A stretch of DNA of 64,000 nt, from assembly GCA_041666945.1 (NCBI GenBank), contig JBAYFY010000002.1, positions 129,076 to 193,075 of the forward strand, read 5' to 3'. Positions within the stretch are counted from its first letter, which is position 1; the number at the start of each line of letters is the position of its first letter. The notes below the pieces were generated by a model. It was not told the origin of the DNA. It saw nothing but the letters and a program-made list of their open reading frames with translations, and made no database searches. This DNA is from Candidatus Buchananbacteria bacterium (lineage in GTDB: Bacteria > Patescibacteriota > Patescibacteriia > 2-01-FULL-39-33). Shown piece after piece: positions 55,626-64,000 of the stretch. Both the position numbers and the translations under genes were made by a program.

Positions 55626-56147
55626 TTATTGAAGTTCGTTGATGGCTTCAGTGAGCGAATCGCTGTCTTTTGCGTAGCTGACGCGTTTCGCCGTTTCAAA
55701 AAGTTTGAATACTCCCTCACAGAGGTTCCCGCGATGGGTATTCTGATAGAGGGCGATCATTTTTTGGATAACGATCATGAGCGCCCGCGCCTTCTTGGTA
55801 TCCTTCGATTCTTCCATGATGTCGGGAGTTCTGAGTTCCTCCTCGAATCTCATCTCACCCTTACGGGTATCAGAGAGATAGCGAATGGAAACCCTGACGC
55901 ATTCATTCTTGTAATCCTTCGGTTCAACGACGATTCCCTCGATTTCCCAAATCGTCGCGGTCGGATGCCGCCTTCTGGCGGAAATAATCTTGACGGTAAT
56001 ATCATACGCATCATGGGTGTGAATATAGTCTGGTGTATGAAATTCTACTGTCCGCTCACCCAGCTCAGTATCGAAAAGGGCAAGCATGAGATCGAGTTTT
56101 GATGGACCGCCGTCCACCAGGTGTGTTTCTTCTTTTCTTTGTGTCAT
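55626..56147 (-). CDS. Hypothetical protein (first gene of island operon)
   Basis: 173 aa; AAAGGAG RBS; strong promoter upstream. Confidence 0.45.
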   Translation of the reverse strand: MTQRKEETHLVDGGPSKLDLMLALFDTELGERTVEFHTPDYIHTHDAYDITVKIISARRRHPTATIWEIEGIVVEPKDYKNECVRVSIRYLSDTRKGEMRFEEELRTPDIMEESKDTKKARALMIVIQKMIALYQNTHRGNLCEGVFKLFETAKRVSYAKDSDSLTEAINELQ

Positions 56148-56246
56148 ACGACACTCCTTTCAATGTGCTGCGCATTAGCCGAGGAACGCGCACAACCTCC
56201 TTATTCCCAGCGGGAACGACTTAGCTATACAGCCAAGAATTACTAT

Positions 56247-56275
56247 ATATTAGCATATAGACATTATTTTGTCAA
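56247..56275 (-). promoter_or_regulatory. Strong sigma70 promoter for island three-gene operon
   Basis: Minus strand TTGACA-17-TAATAT, followed by 5' UTR hairpin GAACGCGCACAAC/GTTGTGCGCGTTCC. Confidence 0.55.
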
Positions 56276-56390
56276 GTATTTTATCCACAATTAACCAAAA
56301 TATTACAGATATTTACCTAAAATTAAACAAAAAAATGCCAGTAATTTATGACATTTTAATCGCTAATATTAATAATTCCTGCTTTTCTTA

Positions 56391-56696
56391 CTATTTCTGC
56401 TTTTCCTGGTATTCTAGCGTTTTTTCCATCGGAGAAAGGCCACCCAAAGCCTTATGAGGGAAGTAATTCCAGGCGTCAGTTATTGTTTCCAGAATGTTGC
56501 TTAATTCCGAGACATCGCCGCCCCGGTCGAACATAGCCATAATCGTCGACAGATCATCATTATCTTCCTCTTGATAAATGGCATCAAGAATATCTTCCAG
56601 TTCAAAGTCGCTCTCGGTTTCTGCAAGCAAATCAATAATATCTTGTTGGATTGTTTCGCGTTCAGATAGGATTTGTTGTTGGGATAGATTTTGCAT
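56391..56696 (-). CDS. Small highly acidic protein (possible DNA-mimic/anti-restriction-like)
   Basis: 101 aa with about 28 Asp/Glu (EDNDD, DFELEDILD); adjacent to recombinase. Confidence 0.4.
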   Translation of the reverse strand: MQNLSQQQILSERETIQQDIIDLLAETESDFELEDILDAIYQEEDNDDLSTIMAMFDRGGDVSELSNILETITDAWNYFPHKALGGLSPMEKTLEYQEKQK

Positions 56697-56810
56697 AAGA
56701 GTTGGTTATATATTAGCAAATAATTAGAAATTATTGAAATTTAGTTATCAACAGCTTGCCAACTTAGCCCTCCTGGACTCCCTATCGGGATTGCGTTATT
56801 CATTAGTTAT

Positions 56811-58124
56811 ATGAATGAAACAACAAAGCCCGTGAGGGCTACGGGCACGATAATAGCCCCACCAAAGGTCAAATACTGCCTTTATGCAAGGAAATCAACG
56901 GAATCAGAGGAACGGCAAATACTCTCTATTGATAGCCAGATCAAGGAGATGCTTTTGCTGGCTGAAAAGGAGGGTTTGGAGGTTGTAACTATGAAGCGTG
57001 AATCCCACTCCGCCAAGGAAACTGGCCAGCGTCCGATTTTTAACGAGATTGTTGAGGAGATAAAGACGGGACAGTATAATGGTATTCTGACGTGGGCGCC
57101 GGATCGCATCAGTAGGAATGCCGGCGACTTAGGTAAAATCGTGGATCTGATGGATTCTGGGCTATTAATAGATATCAGGACTTACGGCCAAAGATTCGGC
57201 AATAATCCTAATGAGAAATTCTTGCTGATGATCTTAGGATCGCAAGCCAAATTAGAAAATGACAATAAGGCGGTCAATGTCAAAAGAGGATTAAGAAGCA
57301 GGTGCGCTATGGGCTGGAGGCCGGGTCAGGCGCCAACTGGCTATTTGAATGAAAAGCATGTTGATAAAAAATGCCAATGCCGCTTAGATCCTAAGCGAGC
57401 GCCGGTAATTAAACAGATGTTTGAAAAAGTAGCCTATGAAAGCTGGAGTGGCAGAAAAGTATATAGATGGCTTAAGGACATTGATTTCAAGACTAAAAAT
57501 GGCAAGCACCTGGTGCTTGCTAACATCTACATTCTTCTTAGAAATCCATTTTATTACGGCGAATTCGAATATCCGGTTAAAAGCGGCGTTTGGTATACTG
57601 GAAAGCATACGCCGATTATTACTAGGGAAGTTTTCGATAAGGTTCAACTATTACTAAGTGACCGCTACGTATCAAGGACGGAAAGCAAGGAATTTGCCTT
57701 CACCAAATTGTTCAAATGCGGCTATTGCGGATCTGGCATCTCGGCCGATGAGAAATTCAAGAAACTTAAAGATGGCGGCACAAACCGCCATGTCTATTAC
57801 TTCTGCACCAAAACGAGAGATATTGATTGCAAAAACCAGCCGATAAATGAAACTGATTTGATAAGCGAGCTAAGCCGCTTAATGGACAAGATTGATCTGG
57901 ACGAGCTTGGCGTCAAGAAAAAACTTGAAGATGAAATGAGAAGGTATAATCGATTCAATGTCGGAGTGTTGGGCAAAAAACAAAAGGAGTTTAATAAGGA
58001 CGTGGATATTAGGAATTATGCCAAATACTTGCTCAGGGATGGCACTATTTTGGAAAAGAGAGAATTACTGGGTTGCCTGAAAAGCAAAGCGATATTAAGG
58101 GATAGGAAAATTATTTTAGAATAA
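56811..58124 (+). CDS. Large serine recombinase (resolvase catalytic domain, recombinase domain, zinc ribbon)
   Basis: YARKSTESEERQILSIDSQ catalytic Ser motif; ...CGYCGS...C..C zinc ribbon; 437 aa. Confidence 0.8.
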   Translation: MNETTKPVRATGTIIAPPKVKYCLYARKSTESEERQILSIDSQIKEMLLLAEKEGLEVVTMKRESHSAKETGQRPIFNEIVEEIKTGQYNGILTWAPDRISRNAGDLGKIVDLMDSGLLIDIRTYGQRFGNNPNEKFLLMILGSQAKLENDNKAVNVKRGLRSRCAMGWRPGQAPTGYLNEKHVDKKCQCRLDPKRAPVIKQMFEKVAYESWSGRKVYRWLKDIDFKTKNGKHLVLANIYILLRNPFYYGEFEYPVKSGVWYTGKHTPIITREVFDKVQLLLSDRYVSRTESKEFAFTKLFKCGYCGSGISADEKFKKLKDGGTNRHVYYFCTKTRDIDCKNQPINETDLISELSRLMDKIDLDELGVKKKLEDEMRRYNRFNVGVLGKKQKEFNKDVDIRNYAKYLLRDGTILEKRELLGCLKSKAILRDRKIILE

Positions 58125-58154
58125 AGACAAATTAAAAAAAATTAAAAACACTAA

Positions 58155-59441
58155 TTAAACTTTCTCGCATATAGCAACCATTAATTTTTCCAATACCTCT
58201 TTATATCTCGATAAAATTTCTCTATGGAGCATCGACCAATTATCATCCTTATAATAATCAAATAATTTCTCTTTTATTAAAATATCAGTCAGTTCTGTCG
58301 TAATTTCTTCGTCGGGATGAGCCAGTTTGGAAACAATGCGATTAATATTTCTAAGACCATAAATACCGGGGTCAACATTTATTTTTCTTTCTAATAATAT
58401 AAAATAAAATTTATTTATGCTTCCTTTTAAATCTTTTATTTCGAATTCATTAGACATTTCTTTTGTAATTTCTAATTTAATAATTTCATCATCAAAATTC
58501 CCCAACATAGATCTTAATACTATACAGTAACCAACTAACATGGCCTTATCCTTAGCTGGCTTTCCTTGTTGATATATTTCTTCTGATGACGAAAAAATAG
58601 GAAAGCCGAACTTCTCATCAATCAAGCTAAATTTATTTATTCTAACCCTTAATTCTGCAATAGCACTGATAATATCCGCAGTCTGATATTCTTCCCTTAT
58701 TTCATTTTGTTCTTTTATCTCCTTGCCTTGCTTTTCTTTATCCTTATTTAATTGTTCTTTTTGCAATATCTCTTTAGCTCTTTCAGAACCCAACTCTAAT
58801 ATTCTTTGATGAACTAATGGCACTATCCCATTTCGCCATGTAGAAATTTCTTCTACAAAAATAATTTCGGTTTTTTTTCCTACAATGAAATTATAGTTAT
58901 CATAATAAAAATTAATATATTCCTTCGGCTTAACTTTTAAAAGTTTTTTAAGTGCTATTTTTCTTGTCTCAATAGTTTGTCTGTCATCTTCGAAACATTT
59001 TTTTAAAAAAAACTCTATTTCTACCATATCCTCGCCCGATTTTTCAAGATACACAAAGCATTTCTCTAAATCATATTCTTTAATTTCTCCTAAAGTTATA
59101 TTAGCTTCGAATATTATTTTTATTTTTTTAACAATCTCGTTGTGAAAATATTGAATATCCGTCAAATACCCTATCATCATAGCAATATCACCATCTTTAT
59201 CGGTTGTGTGTGCAATTTCTTTTAATATTTCAGCGGAGTCTCCAGTCTTAAAATATGTTAAATCGCTCACAAAATAATGGGAGACCGAAGTTTTTCTAAA
59301 TTTTTTATATGCTTCGTATATTTGTCTTGGGAATATAGCGTCACCAATTTTAACCATCTCATCAGAAATATGGGTTGCCTTTTCTGCATTTTCAGCAGAA
59401 TAAAGATCAGCTATTAAGTTTGCATTATAATCAGAGGCCAT
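58155..59441 (-). CDS. Hypothetical protein, strongly AT-rich (about 28% GC) cargo gene
   Basis: 428 aa; composition sharply different from housekeeping genes. Confidence 0.45.
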   Translation of the reverse strand: MASDYNANLIADLYSAENAEKATHISDEMVKIGDAIFPRQIYEAYKKFRKTSVSHYFVSDLTYFKTGDSAEILKEIAHTTDKDGDIAMMIGYLTDIQYFHNEIVKKIKIIFEANITLGEIKEYDLEKCFVYLEKSGEDMVEIEFFLKKCFEDDRQTIETRKIALKKLLKVKPKEYINFYYDNYNFIVGKKTEIIFVEEISTWRNGIVPLVHQRILELGSERAKEILQKEQLNKDKEKQGKEIKEQNEIREEYQTADIISAIAELRVRINKFSLIDEKFGFPIFSSSEEIYQQGKPAKDKAMLVGYCIVLRSMLGNFDDEIIKLEITKEMSNEFEIKDLKGSINKFYFILLERKINVDPGIYGLRNINRIVSKLAHPDEEITTELTDILIKEKLFDYYKDDNWSMLHREILSRYKEVLEKLMVAICEKV

Positions 59442-59592
59442 ATTATTAGTAATAACAATAGTATTTTATTAAAAGAAGTCAATAAATATGCTATATTTTT
59501 ACCTGAATTTTATCTGCCTGCAGTATATAACAAATCTACAAAGAAATAAAGGTAAAAACACCACGGTAAAATCGTGATGTTTTTGAAGCTAG

Positions 59593-59628
59593 ATCATTGA
59601 CGCGTCTCAGTCATTTGAATTAGCATGT
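59593..59628. repeat. ~35-bp direct repeat, right copy
   Basis: See 54571-54607. Confidence 0.5.
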
Positions 59629-59633
59629 ATTGG

Positions 59634-59704
59634 CTGCGGGTCAGGGACTCGAACCCCGATAACATCCTCCAGAGGGATGCGTCCTACCATTAGACGAACC
59701 CGCA
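59634..59704 (-). tRNA. tRNA-Gln (anticodon CTG)
   Basis: Hand-folded: acceptor TGCGGGT/ACCCGCA (U1-A72), D-arm GTCT/GGAC, anticodon loop CTCTGGA, T-arm CGGGG-TTCGAGT-CCCTG, discriminator G. Confidence 0.8.
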
Positions 59705-59761
59705 TTATTTTTTAACTATTTAACAGTATAGCACGTAAATCAAGATAAATCAAGGATTGCT

Positions 59762-59790
59762 CTTGACAGAATTAAATATCTGTGATAAAA
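59762..59790 (+). promoter_or_regulatory. Sigma70 promoter of rnpB
   Basis: TTGACA-17-TAAAAT, about 7 nt upstream of P1 5' strand. Confidence 0.6.
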
Positions 59791-59797
59791 TTATAAC

Positions 59798-60200
59798 ACT
59801 GAATATGACGGATAGCTACTCTTTGGCTTAGGCCAAAGGGAGGAAAGTCCGAACACCCTTTCTGGCGCAAGCCGGGATGTCGCGGTAATGGGTAACGCCC
59901 ACCCGGACGGTCGCAAGGCCGGCCGAGGACCAGTTCCACAGAGACAATACTAACGAGATACGCAAGTATTTCGTGAAAGGTGAAAAGTGTGATGGTGTCT
60001 TAAACTAAGCAAGAGATATCTCCTTAGCTTAAAGCTACGTCACTCGGCCTCCAGCAATGGAGAGCTTGTGGTAAACTCTACCTGGTGCAACCTCGTTTTG
60101 AGGGCTTGATCATGCCGGTAACGGCAATGACAGACAGATGGCTATCATCCGTTCCGTTAAGGAACGGATACAGAATTCGGCTTACAGTCATATTCAGTTA
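59798..60200 (+). ncRNA. rnpB: RNase P RNA (bacterial type A-like)
   Basis: P4 strands GGAGGAAAGTCCGAAC and ACAGAATTCGGCTTA; GGTAACGCC, CCACAGAGA, GAAAGGTGAAAAGTG conserved blocks; P1 CTGAATATGAC/GTCATATTCAG. Confidence 0.75.
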
Positions 60201-60204
60201 AAAA

Positions 60205-60232
60205 ACACTTCGCTGCTGCGAGGTGTTTTTTT
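60205..60232 (+). terminator. Intrinsic terminator of rnpB
   Basis: ACACTTCG-ctgctg-CGAGGTGT followed by T7. Confidence 0.65.
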
Positions 60233-60242
60233 ATTCACTCAT

Positions 60243-60647
60243 TTATTCGTGGCTGTCAATCGCTTCGTTGACCAGTTTGTCAGCCAGTTTGTTCTGTTCG
60301 CGGTAAATATGCTTGAAGGTGATTTTTTTAAACTTAGTAGATAAGTTGTATACTTTAACAAATAATGGCGCTAAATCTTTGTCTTTGACTCTATATTCGC
60401 GGTTCAACTGTTTGACTGCCAATTCGGAATCCAACAGGCATTCGGCTTCGGTTACGCCGGCCACGAGAGCGTGCTCTAAAGCCAAAATTAAGGCGCGATA
60501 CTCCGCTTGATTATTAGTGGTCTCGCCGATGTAGTGTTTGAGTTCAATCTGCTTTTCGCCGATTTTTATGACGGCGCCGATGCCGGCCGGCCCGGGGTTG
60601 CCCCGCGCTCCGCCATCAGAATGGATAATTGCTTTCATATTTGACAT
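60243..60647 (-). CDS. rnhA: Ribonuclease HI
   Basis: IHSDGGARGNPGPAGIGAV..., ...TNNQAEYRALI..., ...REQNKLADKL RNase H catalytic D-E-D-D context. Confidence 0.8.
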   Translation of the reverse strand: MSNMKAIIHSDGGARGNPGPAGIGAVIKIGEKQIELKHYIGETTNNQAEYRALILALEHALVAGVTEAECLLDSELAVKQLNREYRVKDKDLAPLFVKVYNLSTKFKKITFKHIYREQNKLADKLVNEAIDSHE

Positions 60648-60732
60648 TTTAATATAAGAAGTTATACTTTATCTACTGCTCTTTAAATTATAGCGTTTAA
60701 TTGCTAAGCCAACAATCGGAAAGGAACTAATT

Positions 60733-61254
60733 ATGCTTGAAGAACAAAGGTATGGGCCGCATATATTTGGTGAATGGAAACATGATTTTTTTCATCGATA
60801 TCGCATTCATTCCTGCCCTTGCGGAGCGATAGAAATTGCTAATGACCCTCCAGATTCTACATGGTCTTTTCATGCCGCTGGATATGATACTTTGCCAAAT
60901 GTGCGTCAATGCCGGCTTAATAAGTTTGAAACAACCGGAAAGGAGGCAATTATGCCTGAAGTCCAAGAAAAATACGGTAGACATCTGTGGGGTAATCCGG
61001 AAAATCCGGCTGGTTGCGATGCTACCTTTACAACCTGTATGCTTTGTGGCGCTGTGATGGGCGGCTGTTCTGGTTGTGGTCATAGTGATCCATCAGGTGG
61101 AAAAAATCCTCAGCCTGATCCGCACCTTTGCGGCTATCACCCACTATCCCGAGAAGAACTTCTGGTATTGGTCAGCCAACTGGAAGCCGAGATAGAAAAA
61201 ATGGAAGTCGAGATAGAAAAAATAAAAAAAGAGGCCGAATCATTCCTAAGGTGA
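60733..61254 (+). CDS. Cys/His-rich protein with internal duplication and C-terminal coiled coil, hypothetical
   Basis: Two similar modules (EEQRYGPHIFGEW... / VQEKYGRHLWGNP...), CGAVMGGCSGCGH; terminator 61336-61362. Confidence 0.4.
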   Translation: MLEEQRYGPHIFGEWKHDFFHRYRIHSCPCGAIEIANDPPDSTWSFHAAGYDTLPNVRQCRLNKFETTGKEAIMPEVQEKYGRHLWGNPENPAGCDATFTTCMLCGAVMGGCSGCGHSDPSGGKNPQPDPHLCGYHPLSREELLVLVSQLEAEIEKMEVEIEKIKKEAESFLR

Positions 61255-61335
61255 GCATTGGAGCTGTTTAAGAACCTCGAACATACGATTCTCTTTTCTG
61301 AGTTCTATAATAAATCGTAAATAGCACTTTCACCA

Positions 61336-61362
61336 CCACCTAAAATCAATAGGTGGTTTTTT
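61336..61362 (+). terminator. Intrinsic terminator
   Basis: CCACCTA-aaatcaa-TAGGTGG followed by T6. Confidence 0.6.
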
Positions 61363-61384
61363 ATTTCGTATTACGTATTACTTA

Positions 61385-63109
61385 TTACGTATTACTAACC
61401 CTTAAATCCTCAATCTTCAATTGCAACTCCTTGTTGCCGTTCCACTCATTCACTCCCAGTTCAAAAACAATATCAATCTTGTCTCCTGCTTTAAGCCGAG
61501 CGCACCACTCGCCGAAAGAAAAACCGATCAGCTTGTGCAGATTGCCCAAGTCGCCGTCTTGCGACACTAACACCTTTAAATGCTTGCCGTCAGCGCCGAC
61601 CGTTTGCACTTGCTCTACGGCTAAGCTGAAAGCGGCAAACAGCGGCCGTTTGTTATCTTCGCCGAACGGTTCAAATTTGCCAACCTCCTCCAGCAACTGC
61701 CAATTGATCTGCGAGAGCTTTATTTCCGTGTCAATCATCAATGTCGGCGTCAAATCCAATCCCGCCAGCTTTTCTTTGGCCAGGCGCCGGATTTTTTCTT
61801 TAAACTTAAGGAAGTTATCTTCACCGATGATTGTCAGTCCGCAGGCCTGGGGATGGCCGCCGTATTTGGCCAATAAATCATCGCATCGTTTCAGGGCTTC
61901 AGTGATATCAAACTCCTCAATGCTCCTCCCGGACGCCAGATATTTGTCGCCTTCCTTGGTAAACACCAGCGCCGGCCGGCGGTATTTGTCAGTCAAACGT
62001 CCGGCTACCAATCCGACTACGCCTGCCAGCCAACCCTCGCCCTCGGCGATTAAAATGTATTCCTCCTCCGCGGTTTTGGCGACCTGGATAAAAGCGGCCT
62101 CCAAAATTTTGCCGGTGATCTGTTGTCGTTCTTTATTATTGTCTTCCAAAAATTGCGCCCACTTCCCCGCCTCTTCCTGCGTTTCGGCGGTTAAAAGATT
62201 AAACGCCACTGAAGCATGGTCAATTCGGCCGGCGGCGTTAATCCGCGGCACAATGCGCCAACCCAAGTATTCCGTATCCAAACCGTTGCGGCGATTGTTA
62301 ACCAATTCCATCATCTTGGCCAAGCCCAAATTGCGGGTTTTGTCCATTACCATTAAGCCGTATTTGACGATAATCCTGTTTTCGCCCAAAAGCGGCACGA
62401 TATCGCCGACCGTGGCGATTGCCGCCAAGTCCAACAGCCATTTCTCATAACCTTCAGGCAATTGGATCGGGCTGTTGTTTTCTTGCTGATGCTTGATGAT
62501 TGCTTGCACGAATTTGAAAACCACGCCGGCGCCGCATAACGGGCTGTTGGGGTAACCGCAGGATTTAACATGGGGATCAATAATCGCCAGGGCTTGAGGC
62601 AGTTCCAGCGGCTCTTCGTGGTGGTCCAAAATAATGACGTCAATGCCGGCGGCGGTAAATTCGGCAATCTCTTTCTTATTGGCAATGCCGCAATCCACGG
62701 TGATGACCAAATTGAATTTTTGATTGATAATTTGCCGAACAATTTTAGTGTTCAATCCGTAACCCTCGCTTTCGCGAAAAGGAATGTAGGTATCGGCGCG
62801 AGCGCCCAAAGCAGTCAGTGTCTGGAATAAAATGGCAGTGGAACAAACGCCGTCGGCATCGTAATCGCCGTAGATCATGATGTGCTCTCCGGCCAGCAGG
62901 GCTTTAAACAGCCGCTCCACGGCCGAACGCATATCTTTAAACAAATAAGGATCAAAAAGTTGCCGGTCAAAGTCGGGGTTGAGAAACTCTTCAATCTTTT
63001 CTTTTTCTGTCAGTCCGCGGTTAAACAAGAGCTGCAAGACCAGCTCGTTGTAATTCGGATATTGCCGGATGAATTCCGGGGTTATCTTGTCTTTAATTTT
63101 CCAAATCAT
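61385..63109 (-). CDS. recJ: Single-stranded-DNA-specific exonuclease RecJ
   Basis: DHH motifs (IYGDYDADGV, ILDHHE), DHHA1 domain, C-terminal OB-fold. Confidence 0.85.
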   Translation of the reverse strand: MIWKIKDKITPEFIRQYPNYNELVLQLLFNRGLTEKEKIEEFLNPDFDRQLFDPYLFKDMRSAVERLFKALLAGEHIMIYGDYDADGVCSTAILFQTLTALGARADTYIPFRESEGYGLNTKIVRQIINQKFNLVITVDCGIANKKEIAEFTAAGIDVIILDHHEEPLELPQALAIIDPHVKSCGYPNSPLCGAGVVFKFVQAIIKHQQENNSPIQLPEGYEKWLLDLAAIATVGDIVPLLGENRIIVKYGLMVMDKTRNLGLAKMMELVNNRRNGLDTEYLGWRIVPRINAAGRIDHASVAFNLLTAETQEEAGKWAQFLEDNNKERQQITGKILEAAFIQVAKTAEEEYILIAEGEGWLAGVVGLVAGRLTDKYRRPALVFTKEGDKYLASGRSIEEFDITEALKRCDDLLAKYGGHPQACGLTIIGEDNFLKFKEKIRRLAKEKLAGLDLTPTLMIDTEIKLSQINWQLLEEVGKFEPFGEDNKRPLFAAFSLAVEQVQTVGADGKHLKVLVSQDGDLGNLHKLIGFSFGEWCARLKAGDKIDIVFELGVNEWNGNKELQLKIEDLRVSNT

Positions 63110-63365
63110 TGACTGTTGGCCGGTTAATCCGTTATAATTGACTTATATGAAAATACGCAAAAAACGCTTAATGAAAATAGTTTGGATTATTTTAACTTTT
63201 CTGATGGTTATCTCCATGGTTTTCTTTTCTTTGATGCCGATTCTTGGTTAAGCCGTCAAGCGCCCGTCCAAGCGTAGCGAAGAATTTCCGATTCTCTCCC
63301 TGCGTTTTTTTGTTGGTTTAGAAATTCAGATCCTTTGTTTCATCTGGAATGGCAATGTTGGGTCT

Positions 63366-64000
63366 TTACCGTTTTAACACCGCCAAAAAGGCGTCGGCCG
63401 GTATATCCACTTTGCCCATGGCCATCATTTTTTTCTTGCCTTTCTTTTGTTTTTCCAAAAGTTTGGCGCGCCTGGTCCAATCGCCGCCGTACAATTTGGC
63501 GGTAACGTCTTTGCGCAAAGCGGAAATGCGTTCGGAAGCGATTATTTTGCCGCCAATAGCCGCTTGGATTTTAACCATGAACTGCTGGCGGGGCAGGGTT
63601 TCTTTGAGTGTTTCCACTATTTTTCGCCCCACTTGCTGGGCGCTGTCCTGATAGGTGATAAGCGACAGGGCCTCCACTTTTTCTTCCGCTACCAGAATAT
63701 CCATTTTTACCACCTCGGTTTTTTCATAGCTGGAAAAATCATAATTGAGGGACGCATAGCCGCTGGTAATGGATTTGAGCTTATCGTAAAAATCAACAAT
63801 AATCTGGGTTAACGGCAAATAATAATGCAACACGGCCAGCTCCTCGTCCAGATACTCGGTATTGATGTAACTGCCGCGTTTTTCAGCGGATAACTGCATC
63901 ACGCCGCCCAGGTATTCTTTGGGCGTAAAAATGTCAACTTTCATTATCGGTTCTTCCACTTGTTTGTAATAAGTCGGATCGGGGAATTCTTGCGGATTGT
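63366..64000 (-). CDS. lepA: Elongation factor 4 (LepA), C-terminal part; gene continues beyond window end
   Basis: ...ITSGYASLNYDFSSYE... LepA C-terminal domain; frame open to position 64000 (first in-window codon GTG, no stop upstream). Confidence 0.8.
   Translation of the reverse strand, partial: NPQEFPDPTYYKQVEEPIMKVDIFTPKEYLGGVMQLSAEKRGSYINTEYLDEELAVLHYYLPLTQIIVDFYDKLKSITSGYASLNYDFSSYEKTEVVKMDILVAEEKVEALSLITYQDSAQQVGRKIVETLKETLPRQQFMVKIQAAIGGKIIASERISALRKDVTAKLYGGDWTRRAKLLEKQKKGKKKMMAMGKVDIPADAFLAVLKR

Larger units (their letters stand above)
54608..59592. mobile_element. Putative integrated island carrying serine recombinase, bounded by ~35-bp direct repeats, adjacent to tRNA-Gln(CTG)
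   Basis: Direct repeats at 54571-54607 and 59593-59628; tRNA 3' end 17-mer duplicated at 54283; compositionally heterogeneous cargo. Confidence 0.45.

Noticed and set aside
59798-60200. Extra insertion in RNase P RNA suggesting an unusual class
   Set aside because: All type-A core elements are present. The apparent extra sequence corresponds to the normal P12/P13/P14 region and cannot be judged atypical without an alignment.

Overview
This window is mostly a compact housekeeping region of a reduced-genome bacterium. Inferred from composition only: about 47% GC; AlaRS lacks the C-Ala domain; RpoA lacks a canonical alpha-CTD; this gene repertoire is reminiscent of Patescibacteria/CPR-like lineages.

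Core genes seen:
- Translation and ribosome: fmt (partial), rplU, tsf, rpsB, rpmE, prfA, prmC, rplY, infA, alaS, mnmA, lepA (partial).
- An r-protein/alpha operon: rpsM, rpsK, rpsD, rpoA, rplQ, rplM, rpsI, plus an unlisted rpmJ.
- Other housekeeping: secD, secF, gap, recR, recJ, rnhA, plsC.
- RNA genes: tRNA-Gln(TTG), tRNA-Gln(CTG) and RNase P RNA (rnpB).

Accessory or unusual content, in order along the window:
1. A wHTH + radical-SAM two-gene unit inserted between secF and rplU. Two further radical-SAM/SPASM genes lie elsewhere in the window.
2. SecD carrying an inserted parvulin-like PPIase module that looks circularly permuted.
3. Three tandem divergent paralogous membrane proteins (13676-18372). 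They are transcribed from a back-to-back promoter pair whose -35 hexamers form a perfect palindrome shared with rpmE.
4. A partial tandem duplication of tRNA-Gln(TTG) plus its upstream region.
5. An ORF-free, GC-rich locus of about 760 nt (31059-31828) with a consensus sigma70 promoter and intrinsic terminator on the minus strand. This is a candidate large structured ncRNA of unknown class.
6. A glycan locus (Wzx flippase, a 1599-aa giant protein, GT4, GT2). The giant protein has a transglutaminase-like Cys-His-Asp core plus nine 29-aa tandem repeats. The GT4-GT2 cassette is bracketed by inverted copies of a MITE-like palindromic element.
7. An apparent integrated island of about 5 kb, bounded by ~35-bp direct repeats and sitting next to tRNA-Gln(CTG). 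A degenerate tRNA-Gln copy marks the far side. The island carries a large serine recombinase, a highly acidic small protein (possible DNA mimic), a three-gene operon of unknowns with a strong promoter, an AT-rich 428-aa unknown, and a block of AATGNNACA iteron-like repeats. A further low-GC segment with a 56-aa two-TM peptide precedes it.

All calls are from sequence inspection only. No database searches were run.
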